In this document: positions 9,508 through 18,618 of the stretch, piece by piece
How positions within the stretch are numbered: position 1 is the stretch's first letter
How the letters are laid out: every line of letters begins with the position of its first letter
Source of the DNA: Methanobacteriota archaeon
GTDB taxonomy: Archaea > Thermoplasmatota > Thermoplasmata > SG8-5 > DAIRED01
DNA length: 64,000 nucleotides
NCBI GenBank assembly: GCA_043799545.1
Contig: JAZDNO010000006.1
Coordinates: 1 to 64,000, forward strand
Reading direction: 5' to 3'
The notes under the pieces: model-generated
The model's input: the letters and a program-made list of their open reading frames with translations, nothing else
Told to the model about the DNA's origin: nothing
Databases searched by the model: none
Translations under genes and position numbers: made by a program

Positions 9508-10904
9508 CGTGCGGGGAGGCTGGGGAAGGGAACTGCGGGGGCATAATTCTGAACCCCGCCGACAGGCGCGAGGTCGTGGGGTTCGCGCCACCATCCGACA
9601 AGCCGGGCGTGGCAGGTGCGGTCGATTGTGCCGCGGAAGGGTTCCGGGCATGGTCTGGCGTTTCGATGATCGGAAGGCGGAAAGCGCTGCTAGCCATTGC
9701 CAACGCTTTGGAGGAAAATGCCAAAAGCCTTGCGCGCTTGCTGACAATGGAAGTAGGCAAGCCGCTTGCGGAGGCAAACGCCGAGGTCGCCGGGGCGGCT
9801 GCAACACTTAGATACTACGCGGGGCTGAAAATCCGGGAGCGAGTGGAAACGAGGGGCGAGGGCCTGGCTCAGACGTTCTACGAACGGGAGCCGTACGGCG
9901 TTTGCGCCATCGTCCTGCCTTGGAATTACCCCCTTTCGCTGTTGATTTGGAAGGCGGCGCCGGCGCTCCTGGCTGGGAACTCGATTGTTATCAAGCCTTC
10001 GGAGCACGCTCCCCTCACAGTGGCGACGGCAGCCAACCTCGCCGCCCGCTCCTTGCCGGCTGGAGCGTTAGAAGTCGTTTGCGGGGGAGACGATGTGGGG
10101 GGGTGGTTGGTGTCCGATAGGGGTGTGGCGCGCGTCGCCGTCACGGGCTCTCCCGAGACCGGTCCAAGGGTGCTCGCGCTGGCGGCGAACCGCCCCGCGA
10201 AGGTCACGCTTGAGCTCGGGGGGAACGACCCGCTCATAGTCATGGACGACGTCAATCTGGACATGAGGTTCGAGCCGATTTTCTGGACATCGCTCAGGAA
10301 CTGCGGGCAAGTGTGCGTCGCTGCAAAGAGGGTGTACGTCCACCGGAAGCTGTACAAGAAATTCGTCCATCGTTATGTCACGCGCGTGAAGGCCCTGAGG
10401 ATAGGCAACGGCTTAGAGCCGAACATCGAGCTCGGGCCGGTGAACAACGAGGCTCAGCTTCGAAAGGTCCAGTCGCTCGTCAACAAGTCTGTAAGGTCGG
10501 GGGGCAAGCTGGAGGTGGGCGGGCGGCGTTTATCCGGCCCTCTGAAATACGGTCTCTTCTACGAGCCAGCGGTGGTGACGGGACTCGACAACGGCAGCGG
10601 CCTTGTCAAGGAAGAGCAGTTCGGGCCGGCCGTGCCCATCATTCCTTTCGAAAGCGTCGGAGAGGCGGTCGATATGGCGAACGACTGCGGACTGGCGCTT
10701 GGCGCCACTGTATGGTCCGGGGACAGGCCGCGCGCTCTGAAAATCGCCCGCGAACTGGATGCGGGCGTAGTGTGGGTCAACAGTCCGCTCGCGGTGGACA
10801 TATCGGCTCCGTTCGGGGGGTTCAAGGGGAGCGGATTCGGAAGGGAGCTTGGAGAGCAGGGCTATTGCGAATACGCGGCGACGAAGTCGTACGTTCTCAG
10901 GTGA
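9504..10904 (+). CDS. NAD(P)-dependent aldehyde dehydrogenase
   Basis: PWNYP, KPSE, LELGGNDP, NCGQVCVA, EEQFGP, PFGGFKGSGFGRE; ATG 9504 overlaps mobB stop. Confidence 0.92.
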   Translation: MTCGEAGEGNCGGIILNPADRREVVGFAPPSDKPGVAGAVDCAAEGFRAWSGVSMIGRRKALLAIANALEENAKSLARLLTMEVGKPLAEANAEVAGAAATLRYYAGLKIRERVETRGEGLAQTFYEREPYGVCAIVLPWNYPLSLLIWKAAPALLAGNSIVIKPSEHAPLTVATAANLAARSLPAGALEVVCGGDDVGGWLVSDRGVARVAVTGSPETGPRVLALAANRPAKVTLELGGNDPLIVMDDVNLDMRFEPIFWTSLRNCGQVCVAAKRVYVHRKLYKKFVHRYVTRVKALRIGNGLEPNIELGPVNNEAQLRKVQSLVNKSVRSGGKLEVGGRRLSGPLKYGLFYEPAVVTGLDNGSGLVKEEQFGPAVPIIPFESVGEAVDMANDCGLALGATVWSGDRPRALKIARELDAGVVWVNSPLAVDISAPFGGFKGSGFGRELGEQGYCEYAATKSYVLR

Positions 10905-10960
10905 GCGCAAGCGTCCCTTGGGACTATGTGAAATCCGGACTGGTCAAACGAGCAAATCAC

Positions 10961-11632
10961 TCACGTAATTTCAACAGTCACGACCACCCGGCTCCCGTCC
11001 TTGAGCTTCAGGGCATCCCGCAGCTTCGAGCCAGCCACTATCTCGAGCGTGTCAGTGTAGTGCGTTCTGGAAGGGATGACCACGACCGCGGCCATCTCGC
11101 CGATGCGCGCCTTGAAGCACTTAATGGGACCGAACGTCCTGCCCCCCTCTTCGAAACCGGGTATGACAAGGCCTGTGGACCCGCGCAGACTCTCCAACGC
11201 CTCCATGTCTGTTCCCTCGACCCTGACGTTTAGGGTGCCGCCGTAGGGTACGGTCCCCAGGATACTTCTCAAACCGCTCTCGTACGTTCTCCTAGCCAGG
11301 TAGTAAGCTCCTTCGCCGAGCCCGCTTGCCACGGTGCCTGAGAGCTCTACCGCGTTCCCGGCCTCGAAGATGCGCTTGTAAACGAGATATTCGGTTTTGA
11401 GCAATGAGGCCCCTGTCTTTGTGATTTTCACATGCTGGCCTCTCGCGGCCATTGCCCGTTCCACAAGCCCCTTACTCTCCAGCCTTATGAGTGCGGTGGA
11501 AACGGCCTGCTGGCAAACATCGAGCTCCGTTGAAAGGTCCGACGAGGTAATGCGAATGCGCCTTTGCATCGCGCCCCTGGTTGCCAGCGCACGGAGAAGC
11601 CTCATGTCCGTTGACTGCATCGCAGTCTTCAT
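10961..11632 (-). CDS. ribK: CTP-dependent riboflavin kinase with N-terminal wHTH
   Basis: SGLGEGAYY, PYGGTLNV, RTHY...LEIVAG..LRDALKLKDG. Confidence 0.9.
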   Translation of the reverse strand: MKTAMQSTDMRLLRALATRGAMQRRIRITSSDLSTELDVCQQAVSTALIRLESKGLVERAMAARGQHVKITKTGASLLKTEYLVYKRIFEAGNAVELSGTVASGLGEGAYYLARRTYESGLRSILGTVPYGGTLNVRVEGTDMEALESLRGSTGLVIPGFEEGGRTFGPIKCFKARIGEMAAVVVIPSRTHYTDTLEIVAGSKLRDALKLKDGSRVVVTVEIT

Positions 11633-12000
11633 GAGACATCCCCGACAATCACCAGATGGTTGCGCCCCTTCATCCGCACTATTGGTATGCGAGCCTTTTT
11701 CAACAAGGTGATGAGGCCGACATCGTTCGTCAGGACGTACGCCTTTCTATCGCGGGCGAGGGTTATGAGCGCCTCGTCCGGATTTGACGCGACCACGGTT
11801 ATGCATTCGCACCTTCTCGCCAGGCCGAGTGCGGCCCTGGCCTCCGGTATTCGTTTCGAAAGGTTGACGAGCTCGCCCACGACAGACTCTGGGACGAGGA
11901 TGGTGTATGAGCCTAGAAGGCGCGTGAGCTCGGAATCGAGATTAAACTTGAATTGAAAAGGCATCATCAGTCCGTTGACGTCGGCGACTACGAATGGCAT
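11629..12000 (-). CDS. PIN-domain protein (type usually adjacent to eIF2gamma)
   Basis: VVADVN, VPESVVGEL, PDEALI, VLTND. Confidence 0.85.
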   Translation of the reverse strand: MPFVVADVNGLMMPFQFKFNLDSELTRLLGSYTILVPESVVGELVNLSKRIPEARAALGLARRCECITVVASNPDEALITLARDRKAYVLTNDVGLITLLKKARIPIVRMKGRNHLVIVGDVS

Positions 12001-12006
12001 GGCCCC

Positions 12007-13242
12007 TCACTCGGAAAGTATGCCGTACCCAATGAGGCGCCACTTGCCGGCTATCTTGCGGCTTATGGCCACGCGCTGGCCTTTCTCCGCGCAAACCGGA
12101 ATCTTGAGGGCGACATCCGCGCTCTCGCCCCTGGCGCTCGTGACCATGCCGACCGTGTTCGTGGTTCCGACGCTTAGCATGAGCGGCTCGCTGCTCTTCA
12201 GCGCCTCGACGGCGATGTCCTTGGCGTAGCCGACCACGCGCTCGAGAAGCTTGATGTCCATCGAAAGCTTCGAAAGGACCGGAGGAAGCGTGCCCGGGCG
12301 GCCCACGACCTTTCCAATCATGGAATCGGACTTGGTGAGGTACGGGTCGAGGAGAGTGCCGATGGCTATGAGCCCTCCGGGACGAATTTCATCCATCTGG
12401 GTGCCACCGGAGAAAAGGCTGGTAATCTCCGTGACAACGGGCTCGAGCCTAATCTTCCCCTTGTCTTCCACCCTTCTGCCCGGAGCTATCTCTATCTCGT
12501 CTCCAATCTTGAGCTTGCCTGACAGCAGCGTGCCTCCGAGGACCCCGCCGACCAGCTCGTCCAGCTTCTTGCCGGGCGGGTTGATGTCGAAGGAACGGGC
12601 GACGAACATCCGAGCGGGTTTACCATGCTCGATGGCCTGGGTGGGGATGTGCATCTCGATTGCTTCGATCAAAACATCGATGTTCGCCTCCTGGTGCGCG
12701 CAAACGGGGACTATCGGCGAATTCTCCGCTATCGTCCCTTTTGTAAAGGCCTTAATCTCCGCGTAATTCTCGCGGGCCCGTGCTTCGTCGACGATGTCGA
12801 TTTTGTTCTGGACTATGACTATCTTCTCGACACCGCTGATTGTGAGCGCCATTAGGTGCTCCTTTGTCTGGGGCTGGGGGCACTTCTCGTTCGCCGCGAT
12901 GAGCAGCAGAGCGCCGTTCATCATGGCAGCGCCGGAAAGCATCGTCGCCATCAGCGTCTCGTGGCCGGGGGCATCGACGAAAGAAACCGTCCTTAGCAGG
13001 GCGGCCTCACCGCCGCATGTGGAACATTTTGGCATATTGTTGTAGGCTTCAGCCCCCTGGCATCTGGGGCATTTGTAGAACGCCGCATCGGCGTAACCTA
13101 ATTTGATGGATATACCGCGCTTTATCTCTTCCGAATGCCTGTCGGTCCACTCGCCTGTCAGGGTCTTGGTGAGGGTCGTCTTTCCGTGGTCAACGTGGCC
13201 AATCATGCCGATGTTGACTTCCGGTTGACGTGGAACCTTCAT
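12007..13242 (-). CDS. eif2g: Translation initiation factor 2 subunit gamma
   Basis: GHVDHGKTT, EEIKRGISI, DAPGHE, QNKID, WRLIGYG. Confidence 0.97.
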   Translation of the reverse strand: MKVPRQPEVNIGMIGHVDHGKTTLTKTLTGEWTDRHSEEIKRGISIKLGYADAAFYKCPRCQGAEAYNNMPKCSTCGGEAALLRTVSFVDAPGHETLMATMLSGAAMMNGALLLIAANEKCPQPQTKEHLMALTISGVEKIVIVQNKIDIVDEARARENYAEIKAFTKGTIAENSPIVPVCAHQEANIDVLIEAIEMHIPTQAIEHGKPARMFVARSFDINPPGKKLDELVGGVLGGTLLSGKLKIGDEIEIAPGRRVEDKGKIRLEPVVTEITSLFSGGTQMDEIRPGGLIAIGTLLDPYLTKSDSMIGKVVGRPGTLPPVLSKLSMDIKLLERVVGYAKDIAVEALKSSEPLMLSVGTTNTVGMVTSARGESADVALKIPVCAEKGQRVAISRKIAGKWRLIGYGILSE

Positions 13243-13265
13243 AAATCATCAATCGCCCGGCGGGC

Positions 13266-13670
13266 CTACTTCGCCTCGCCTTCCGCTGCTTTCGGGGGGA
13301 ATATTTCCTTGACTGCCCTGGGGCCGTACTGGATAATCTTCATGTTGAGCTGGATGGTGTCGGGAGAGACGGTGTTTCCCCGGAAGTTCTTCCTCTTGCG
13401 GGTGCCCTTCCTCTCGGGGTGGAAGCCGGTGCTTTCGGCCGTCAGAATCATCTTTCGCCTTGGACCGGGAAGGTCGCTACGCATGGGGACTCCGTCCTTG
13501 TCCGAGCCGCCCGATATCTGGAGCTTGTAACCAGGCATCTCCACAAAAATCCCGTCAATCTTGTCCCCGATTTTCTTGCCGACCAGCGAGTTCGCTAAGT
13601 TGCCGCCGACGACCTTCTGGTACGTCATCCCCGTTTTGGGGTCCGATATCACGGCTCTGAATTCAGCCAT
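13266..13670 (-). CDS. rps6e: 30S ribosomal protein S6e
   Basis: ISDPKTG, ISGGSDKDGVPMR, RGNTVS. Confidence 0.95.
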   Translation of the reverse strand: MAEFRAVISDPKTGMTYQKVVGGNLANSLVGKKIGDKIDGIFVEMPGYKLQISGGSDKDGVPMRSDLPGPRRKMILTAESTGFHPERKGTRKRKNFRGNTVSPDTIQLNMKIIQYGPRAVKEIFPPKAAEGEAK

Positions 13671-13745
13671 CTGTCATCACCATTTTCAGCGAGTTCACCT
13701 CAATCTTCTTCTCCCATATAAATGTTGAGTAATGCGCCCAGGCGC

Positions 13746-15494
13746 TTACTTCCCCCAGAACTTCTTCTCCTTGGCCTTGATGGCGAAGATTCGCTCGAGC
13801 ACGTCCCGCTCGTCCTGGTTCAGGCCCATTGTCGACAGGCAGCGCGCGTCTCCCTCCGGGATATCCACGTACAGCACGTCGCCGACGTTTATCTGGCGCC
13901 CGACCGTTGGTCCCTCGATTGCGAGGGCGACCTCCTTCCCCTGTATTGTCTCCCCGACCGTTTCCTCTCCGCTCCTTATGCTCTTTATCCGCCCGATTTC
14001 TAGGCCGTCCTCCCGGATGAGTTTTTGTCCCGCTTTGATCCGCCCAGCAAGCACGCGCACGCCAACAATGGCGGGCTTCGACGCCCTGAAGACGCAATCC
14101 GGCAGCAGCAGGACTTTGCCGGGGTAGCATAGTTCGGACCTCGAAGAAGACTCCAGCTCGCATTTCTTCTTTGCCAACCAGGCCTTGTAATCGTCCAGCA
14201 GCCGATAGATGATGTTGCTCGAGATGAAGTCGAGCTTCTGAGCCTCCAGCTCATCCTTCGCCTCCGGGATGACGCTGACGTTGAAGCCGAGGAGGACGCG
14301 CCTTGTGGGGTCGTTTATCGTTGCGGCGTCCACGACGTCCCTCCTGGTCACGTCGCCCACGTCCGCCCGTTTAATCAGTATGCCAGCCTGCTTCGCCTCG
14401 AATGCGAGCGCCTCAAGGGAGCCGATTGCGTCTGCCTTGATGATTATCCCATCGTCGGATGTTTCGATCGATATGGCGCTCTCCTCCGCCACTTCCTCTA
14501 TTACTCGGGACGGGTCGTCGCCAAGCACGCGGATGGGTGCGCCCGCGACGACTCCTTCGGAATCCTGGCATACCACCTTGATTCCCGAAGCGGCAGTGAC
14601 CTCGCTCATAAGGTCGAACCTCTCGCGGGGATCGCGTATTTCGTCGAGGGCCTTGGGTTTGAGTATCGCCTTGATTTTGGTCACCTTCGGCTGGCTTCGC
14701 GTGCCGAGGGCAACCATGTCCCCGACCCTGAGCTTGCCTTTGAAAAGGATGACATCCACGGTCGTGCCGAGGCCCCTCTCCTCCTTCACTTCGAGTATCG
14801 TACCCTCACCGGGGCCGTCCTCCTTCTGGAGCTGCTCGTCCAGGAATCGTTGAGCCAGGCCGACGAGCATCATGAGGAGGTCGGCTATCCCGAGATTCGC
14901 TTTGGCGCTGGCCGGTATCAATGCCACGGTCTTGGTGAAATCCGTGATTCGGTCGTACCTGTCAGCTGAGAATCCCTGCTCGTAGAGCTTGCCGGCGATA
15001 TTGTAGATTCGCTGGTCCAGCGCGTCATTGACCGTGGTCGATTGCTCCTTGAGCGCGGCCTGCAGGTCCAGATTCAGAACCTTTCTCCAGCCTGGAATGA
15101 GGTCTATTTTGTTGAGGACAATGACGAAGGGGGTCTTGTACTGCTTGAGAATTCGGATAGATTCGATTGTCTGGGGCTTCGGGCCCTCGTTCACGTCTAT
15201 TACCAACACCGCTATGTCTGCCAGCGAACCTCCCCGGTTTCGCATGGCTATGAAAGACTGGTGGCCGGGGGTGTCGATGAAGAGCAGCCCTGGTGCGACG
15301 AAGGATTTCCCTTTCAGCAGCTCCCCGCATATTTCGTGCACCACCTTGATTGGAACCTCGGTGGCGCCGATGTGCTGCGTTATTCCGCCCGCCTCCCTGG
15401 CGGCGACGGTGCTGCCCCTGACTGCATCCAGCAGGGTGGTCTTGCCGTGGTCGACATGACCTAGAACGCTGACTATGGGCTGGCGTATTGCCAT
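13746..15494 (-). CDS. infB: Translation initiation factor IF-2 / aIF5B
   Basis: MAIRQPIVSVLGHVDHGKTTLLD, GGITQHIGA, DTPGH, NKID; start moved to ATG 15494. Confidence 0.97.
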   Translation of the reverse strand: MAIRQPIVSVLGHVDHGKTTLLDAVRGSTVAAREAGGITQHIGATEVPIKVVHEICGELLKGKSFVAPGLLFIDTPGHQSFIAMRNRGGSLADIAVLVIDVNEGPKPQTIESIRILKQYKTPFVIVLNKIDLIPGWRKVLNLDLQAALKEQSTTVNDALDQRIYNIAGKLYEQGFSADRYDRITDFTKTVALIPASAKANLGIADLLMMLVGLAQRFLDEQLQKEDGPGEGTILEVKEERGLGTTVDVILFKGKLRVGDMVALGTRSQPKVTKIKAILKPKALDEIRDPRERFDLMSEVTAASGIKVVCQDSEGVVAGAPIRVLGDDPSRVIEEVAEESAISIETSDDGIIIKADAIGSLEALAFEAKQAGILIKRADVGDVTRRDVVDAATINDPTRRVLLGFNVSVIPEAKDELEAQKLDFISSNIIYRLLDDYKAWLAKKKCELESSSRSELCYPGKVLLLPDCVFRASKPAIVGVRVLAGRIKAGQKLIREDGLEIGRIKSIRSGEETVGETIQGKEVALAIEGPTVGRQINVGDVLYVDIPEGDARCLSTMGLNQDERDVLERIFAIKAKEKKFWGK

Positions 15495-15593
15495 GTTGTC
15501 CGGCTGCCTTGAAGTGCTGAGTGTATAAAAAAGTGGCGAGAATTTATATACAATCAAACAATTCCCGGACACCAGTGAGGGAAGTGAGATAAG

Positions 15594-16028
15594 ATGGGCC
15601 GAAACGGTATCAACCCAAAACGCAGATGGAACAAACGCGGCGCGATTGAGGGACTGCCTTTGCAGCTTATAATCATGGTGGTCATAGCAGGGATTGCGAT
15701 TGTGATAATCCTGTCGTGGCTCCAGCCGTGGAAGAACAAGGTGGACTTGCAGTCCGTAAGCGCCTCCCCGGGCACCGTCGCCCGCGGCGTGGCGACCCAG
15801 GTCACGGTGACCGCATGGGACACCAAGGACAACAAACTTTCAGGCGTGGTGGTGGTCCTCGATGGCGCCGGGGTGCATGCGAGCGGAACGACCGATAGTA
15901 CCGGCACCGTGAAATTTACAATCACTCCGTCTCTCCCGCCGGGAACATCGAGTGGACAGGTCAGCATCACCGCCACATACACGGGCTCGATAACGGTAGA
16001 GAAGACTAACCTGATAGTCGTCACATGA
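15594..16028 (+). CDS. Type IV pilin-like protein with class III signal peptide and Ig-like domain
   Basis: NKRG|AIEGLP followed by hydrophobic helix; Thr/Gly-rich beta domain (SGTTDSTGTVKFT). Confidence 0.75.
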   Translation: MGRNGINPKRRWNKRGAIEGLPLQLIIMVVIAGIAIVIILSWLQPWKNKVDLQSVSASPGTVARGVATQVTVTAWDTKDNKLSGVVVVLDGAGVHASGTTDSTGTVKFTITPSLPPGTSSGQVSITATYTGSITVEKTNLIVVT

Positions 16029-16501
16029 GAATTCGGCCGGAGAGCGGCGGTCTGGAAGGGCTTCCGCTCAAGATAGCGATAGTCGCTGTGGTAGTGGCGA
16101 TTTCGTCCCCCATAATCTACGGCAGTTTGCGTACATACGAAATGGCAAAACTCGAAGGCCAGATGGACACGGAAGCGAGCGCGATAGCCGAATTGGCGAA
16201 GCTGCTGTACGTCGGCGGCCCTGGGAATGTCCAGCAATTAATCGTCAACCTGCGTGGAGGAGTTACCGCAAGCGCAGACTACATGCTCGTCGGCGATACG
16301 CCGGATGGGGCATACGAATCGTGCATCCGATACCGGGTAAAGGGGCTTGCAGAAAGGACATTACTCGTCGAAAGCCCGAACGTTCCCTTATACGGAGCCG
16401 GGGGCACGTCTTTTAAGATGCTGGAAGGAAAGCACGTCCTTGTGCTGGAATGCAAAGGCGGGGTCGCAGGCCAGTACATCGAAGTGAGATATGCGCAATA
16501 G
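16025..16501 (+). CDS. Second pilin-like protein
   Basis: SGG|LEGLP plus hydrophobic helix, shares EGLP motif with upstream gene; ATGA overlap. Confidence 0.65.
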   Translation: MRIRPESGGLEGLPLKIAIVAVVVAISSPIIYGSLRTYEMAKLEGQMDTEASAIAELAKLLYVGGPGNVQQLIVNLRGGVTASADYMLVGDTPDGAYESCIRYRVKGLAERTLLVESPNVPLYGAGGTSFKMLEGKHVLVLECKGGVAGQYIEVRYAQ

Positions 16502-16542
16502 TCGGCAAACATTTAATATCAGTTGCCCATTGAGCCCATCGT

Positions 16543-16653
16543 CCCGACTTAGCTCAGCCTGGCTGGAGCGGCTGACTGTAGTAGGATTACCGGTTCGCCG
16601 GCATCGCCGCCGAAATCAGCAGGTCCCCAGTTCAAATCTGGGAGTCGGGACCA
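16543..16653 (+). tRNA. tRNA-Tyr(GTA) with 33-nt intron at 16582-16614; CCA encoded
   Basis: Acceptor CCCGACT/AGTCGGG, anticodon stem GCTGA/TCAGC around CT-GTA-G, T-loop GTTCAAAT. Confidence 0.93.
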
Positions 16654-16743
16654 TATTTTATTTGACAACGAGACTCCCAGAGAGGACTACTTAGGCATCT
16701 GAATCCGTCGTGGAAGTAGACCGAATCTGGGAGTCGGGACCAT
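16635..16743 (+). repeat. 20-bp direct repeat of tRNA-Tyr 3' end (16635-16654 and 16724-16743) with an inverted copy at 16672-16681
   Basis: AATCTGGGAGTCGGGACCAT occurs twice; GACTCCCAGA is the reverse complement of TCTGGGAGTC. Confidence 0.9.
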
Positions 16744-16900
16744 TTTTTCTTATCTGTATCCAAACAAATCCAAGAAAAAAAGGTAGGACTAGCGGTCTCC
16801 GGCAATTACTCAGCAAGGAGCTAGTCCGAACCATCAAACATCGTCAAAGTAATCACAATCCTTCGACTCCCTTTTTATATCCCTCTCCCGATTTCCCACC

Positions 16901-18046
16901 GTGCCCACAACAAAAGCCGAAGAGGGGTTGAAGAGCGCCCGGGAGGCCTTCGAGCGCCGTGCGTACGACGCTGCCATGGCGCATTGTAGGAGCGCCTTGA
17001 ATTATGTGGATACCGAAGCGAAGGGCTCGGTGGCGCAGAGGCAGCGCGCTGGAATCCTGCTGCTGCTTTCCGAAATAACAGACATCACGGGCCAGTGGGT
17101 CGACTCCCTGCTGTACCTCGACGGCGTGACGCAGATATCCGCGGCTCTGAGCGACACCAAACTCGCGGTGGAATCGCTAATCCGGGCTGGCAAGATAATC
17201 TCCAAGAAGGGCAAGTGGGAGGACGCGCTGAAGAGGTTCGAGCGCGCCGAGCAGCTGTCGCGCAAGCAGGGCATTCACAAATTACTCGGAAAGGCGTTGA
17301 TAGGGAAGGGCACGATACTGTGGCGCCAGGGCCAGCACGCGGACGCGGCCCGCGAGGCCGAATCGGCTGCGAAGATTGGGGAGAACATCGGCGACCTCCA
17401 GATACAGGGCGGCGCTCACGCGCTGATGGCGAGCGTGAGGTTCGACCAAGGCAACTATGCCGCGTCAATCGATGCCAACGAAAGGGCGCTCAAACTTTTT
17501 GAAGCAACGAAAGACGCGTACGAGACGGCTCGGGTGCTGAACAACCTGGGTGAGACATATAGGGCCGTAGGCAATCTTCCAGAGGCCGTGAAACGCCTCG
17601 AAACCTGCCTTAGAATTTCGGAAGAATCGGATAACAAGCGCAACGCGGGTTATGCGCTCATGAACATCGCGGAATGCAAGGTCCGGCTGGACGATCCCTC
17701 GGGCGCCAAGGCTGCCGCGGTCAAGGCCGATGCGATATTCTCCGCGCTGGAGGATAGGTACGCGCAGGCCAACATCTCGATGGTCTGGGGAATGATACAT
17801 TCGGCCAGGCGGGAAGACAAGAACGCGCGCTCTTGCTTCGACAAGGCCTTGGAAACGATGTCCGTGCTGGCCATACCTTACGATATGGGGATAATCCAGC
17901 TGGAATACGGAAAGTTCCTTTCGCGCGCGACATCCTTGGACGAAGGGCGGGTGATGCTCAAGCGAGCGGTGCTCTCGTTTGAGCTGGCCGGAGCCAAAGA
18001 GATGATGGCTCGCGCCAAGAAGGAGATGGATGCTCCGGGGGCTTAA
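16901..18046 (+). CDS. Tetratricopeptide repeat protein
   Basis: Serial TPR-like helices (e.g. ARVLNNLGETYRAVGNLPEA); TATA TTTTTATA about 25 nt upstream of GTG. Confidence 0.85.
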   Translation: MPTTKAEEGLKSAREAFERRAYDAAMAHCRSALNYVDTEAKGSVAQRQRAGILLLLSEITDITGQWVDSLLYLDGVTQISAALSDTKLAVESLIRAGKIISKKGKWEDALKRFERAEQLSRKQGIHKLLGKALIGKGTILWRQGQHADAAREAESAAKIGENIGDLQIQGGAHALMASVRFDQGNYAASIDANERALKLFEATKDAYETARVLNNLGETYRAVGNLPEAVKRLETCLRISEESDNKRNAGYALMNIAECKVRLDDPSGAKAAAVKADAIFSALEDRYAQANISMVWGMIHSARREDKNARSCFDKALETMSVLAIPYDMGIIQLEYGKFLSRATSLDEGRVMLKRAVLSFELAGAKEMMARAKKEMDAPGA

Positions 18047-18618
18047 TGGAAAAGCCCCAAAGCCCTGCGCCTGGCTCGCGAAACGACTTCGTCATGGAGG
18101 TTCTTTCCGGTCGAATCGATTGCCACGACTAAGGGTCCGAACCTTTCGACATCCAGTTCCCACACGGCTTCGGCGCTTCCGAGATCGTTCCAGAACGGCC
18201 CCTTTGCCGATACGACCATGGACGATGCCAGCGCCGCCGTGCCGCCGGTCATCGACAGGTAGGGGCAGCCGAGCCCGACCATCGCCGAAACGGCCTTTCC
18301 AGACAATCCCCCCTTACCAATTATCGCCGACGGCCTTACGGTTTTCAAAAATCGTTGCAAAGTCTCTTCCATCCTGTTGCTCGTCGTCGGGCCAGCAGCG
18401 ATGACCTGCGAGGTATTTCCCCGTTTGCGGATTATGGGTCCGCAATGGTATATCGCACCGCCGCGAAACTCTTCGGGCAAGCCATCCAATCCACAGTCGA
18501 CAACCCGCTTGTGCGCCAGGTCCCGCGCCGTGTAAATTTTACCGGTCAGCGTCACCAGCTGGCCCGCGCGCAACCTTTTTGCTAAAGGACGGGGAATAGG
18601 GGTTTCAATTACTAGCAT
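18043..18618 (-). CDS. Fe-S fumarate hydratase/tartrate dehydratase beta subunit
   Basis: GKIYTARDLAH, YHCGP, GPTTSNRM, IIGKGG, GSAEAVW. Confidence 0.9.
   Translation of the reverse strand: MLVIETPIPRPLAKRLRAGQLVTLTGKIYTARDLAHKRVVDCGLDGLPEEFRGGAIYHCGPIIRKRGNTSQVIAAGPTTSNRMEETLQRFLKTVRPSAIIGKGGLSGKAVSAMVGLGCPYLSMTGGTAALASSMVVSAKGPFWNDLGSAEAVWELDVERFGPLVVAIDSTGKNLHDEVVSRARRRALGLFH

Noticed and set aside
16654-18046. Intact integrative element at tRNA-Tyr including the TPR gene
   Set aside because: The att-like repeat closes after only 89 bp; no integrase; the TPR gene lies outside it
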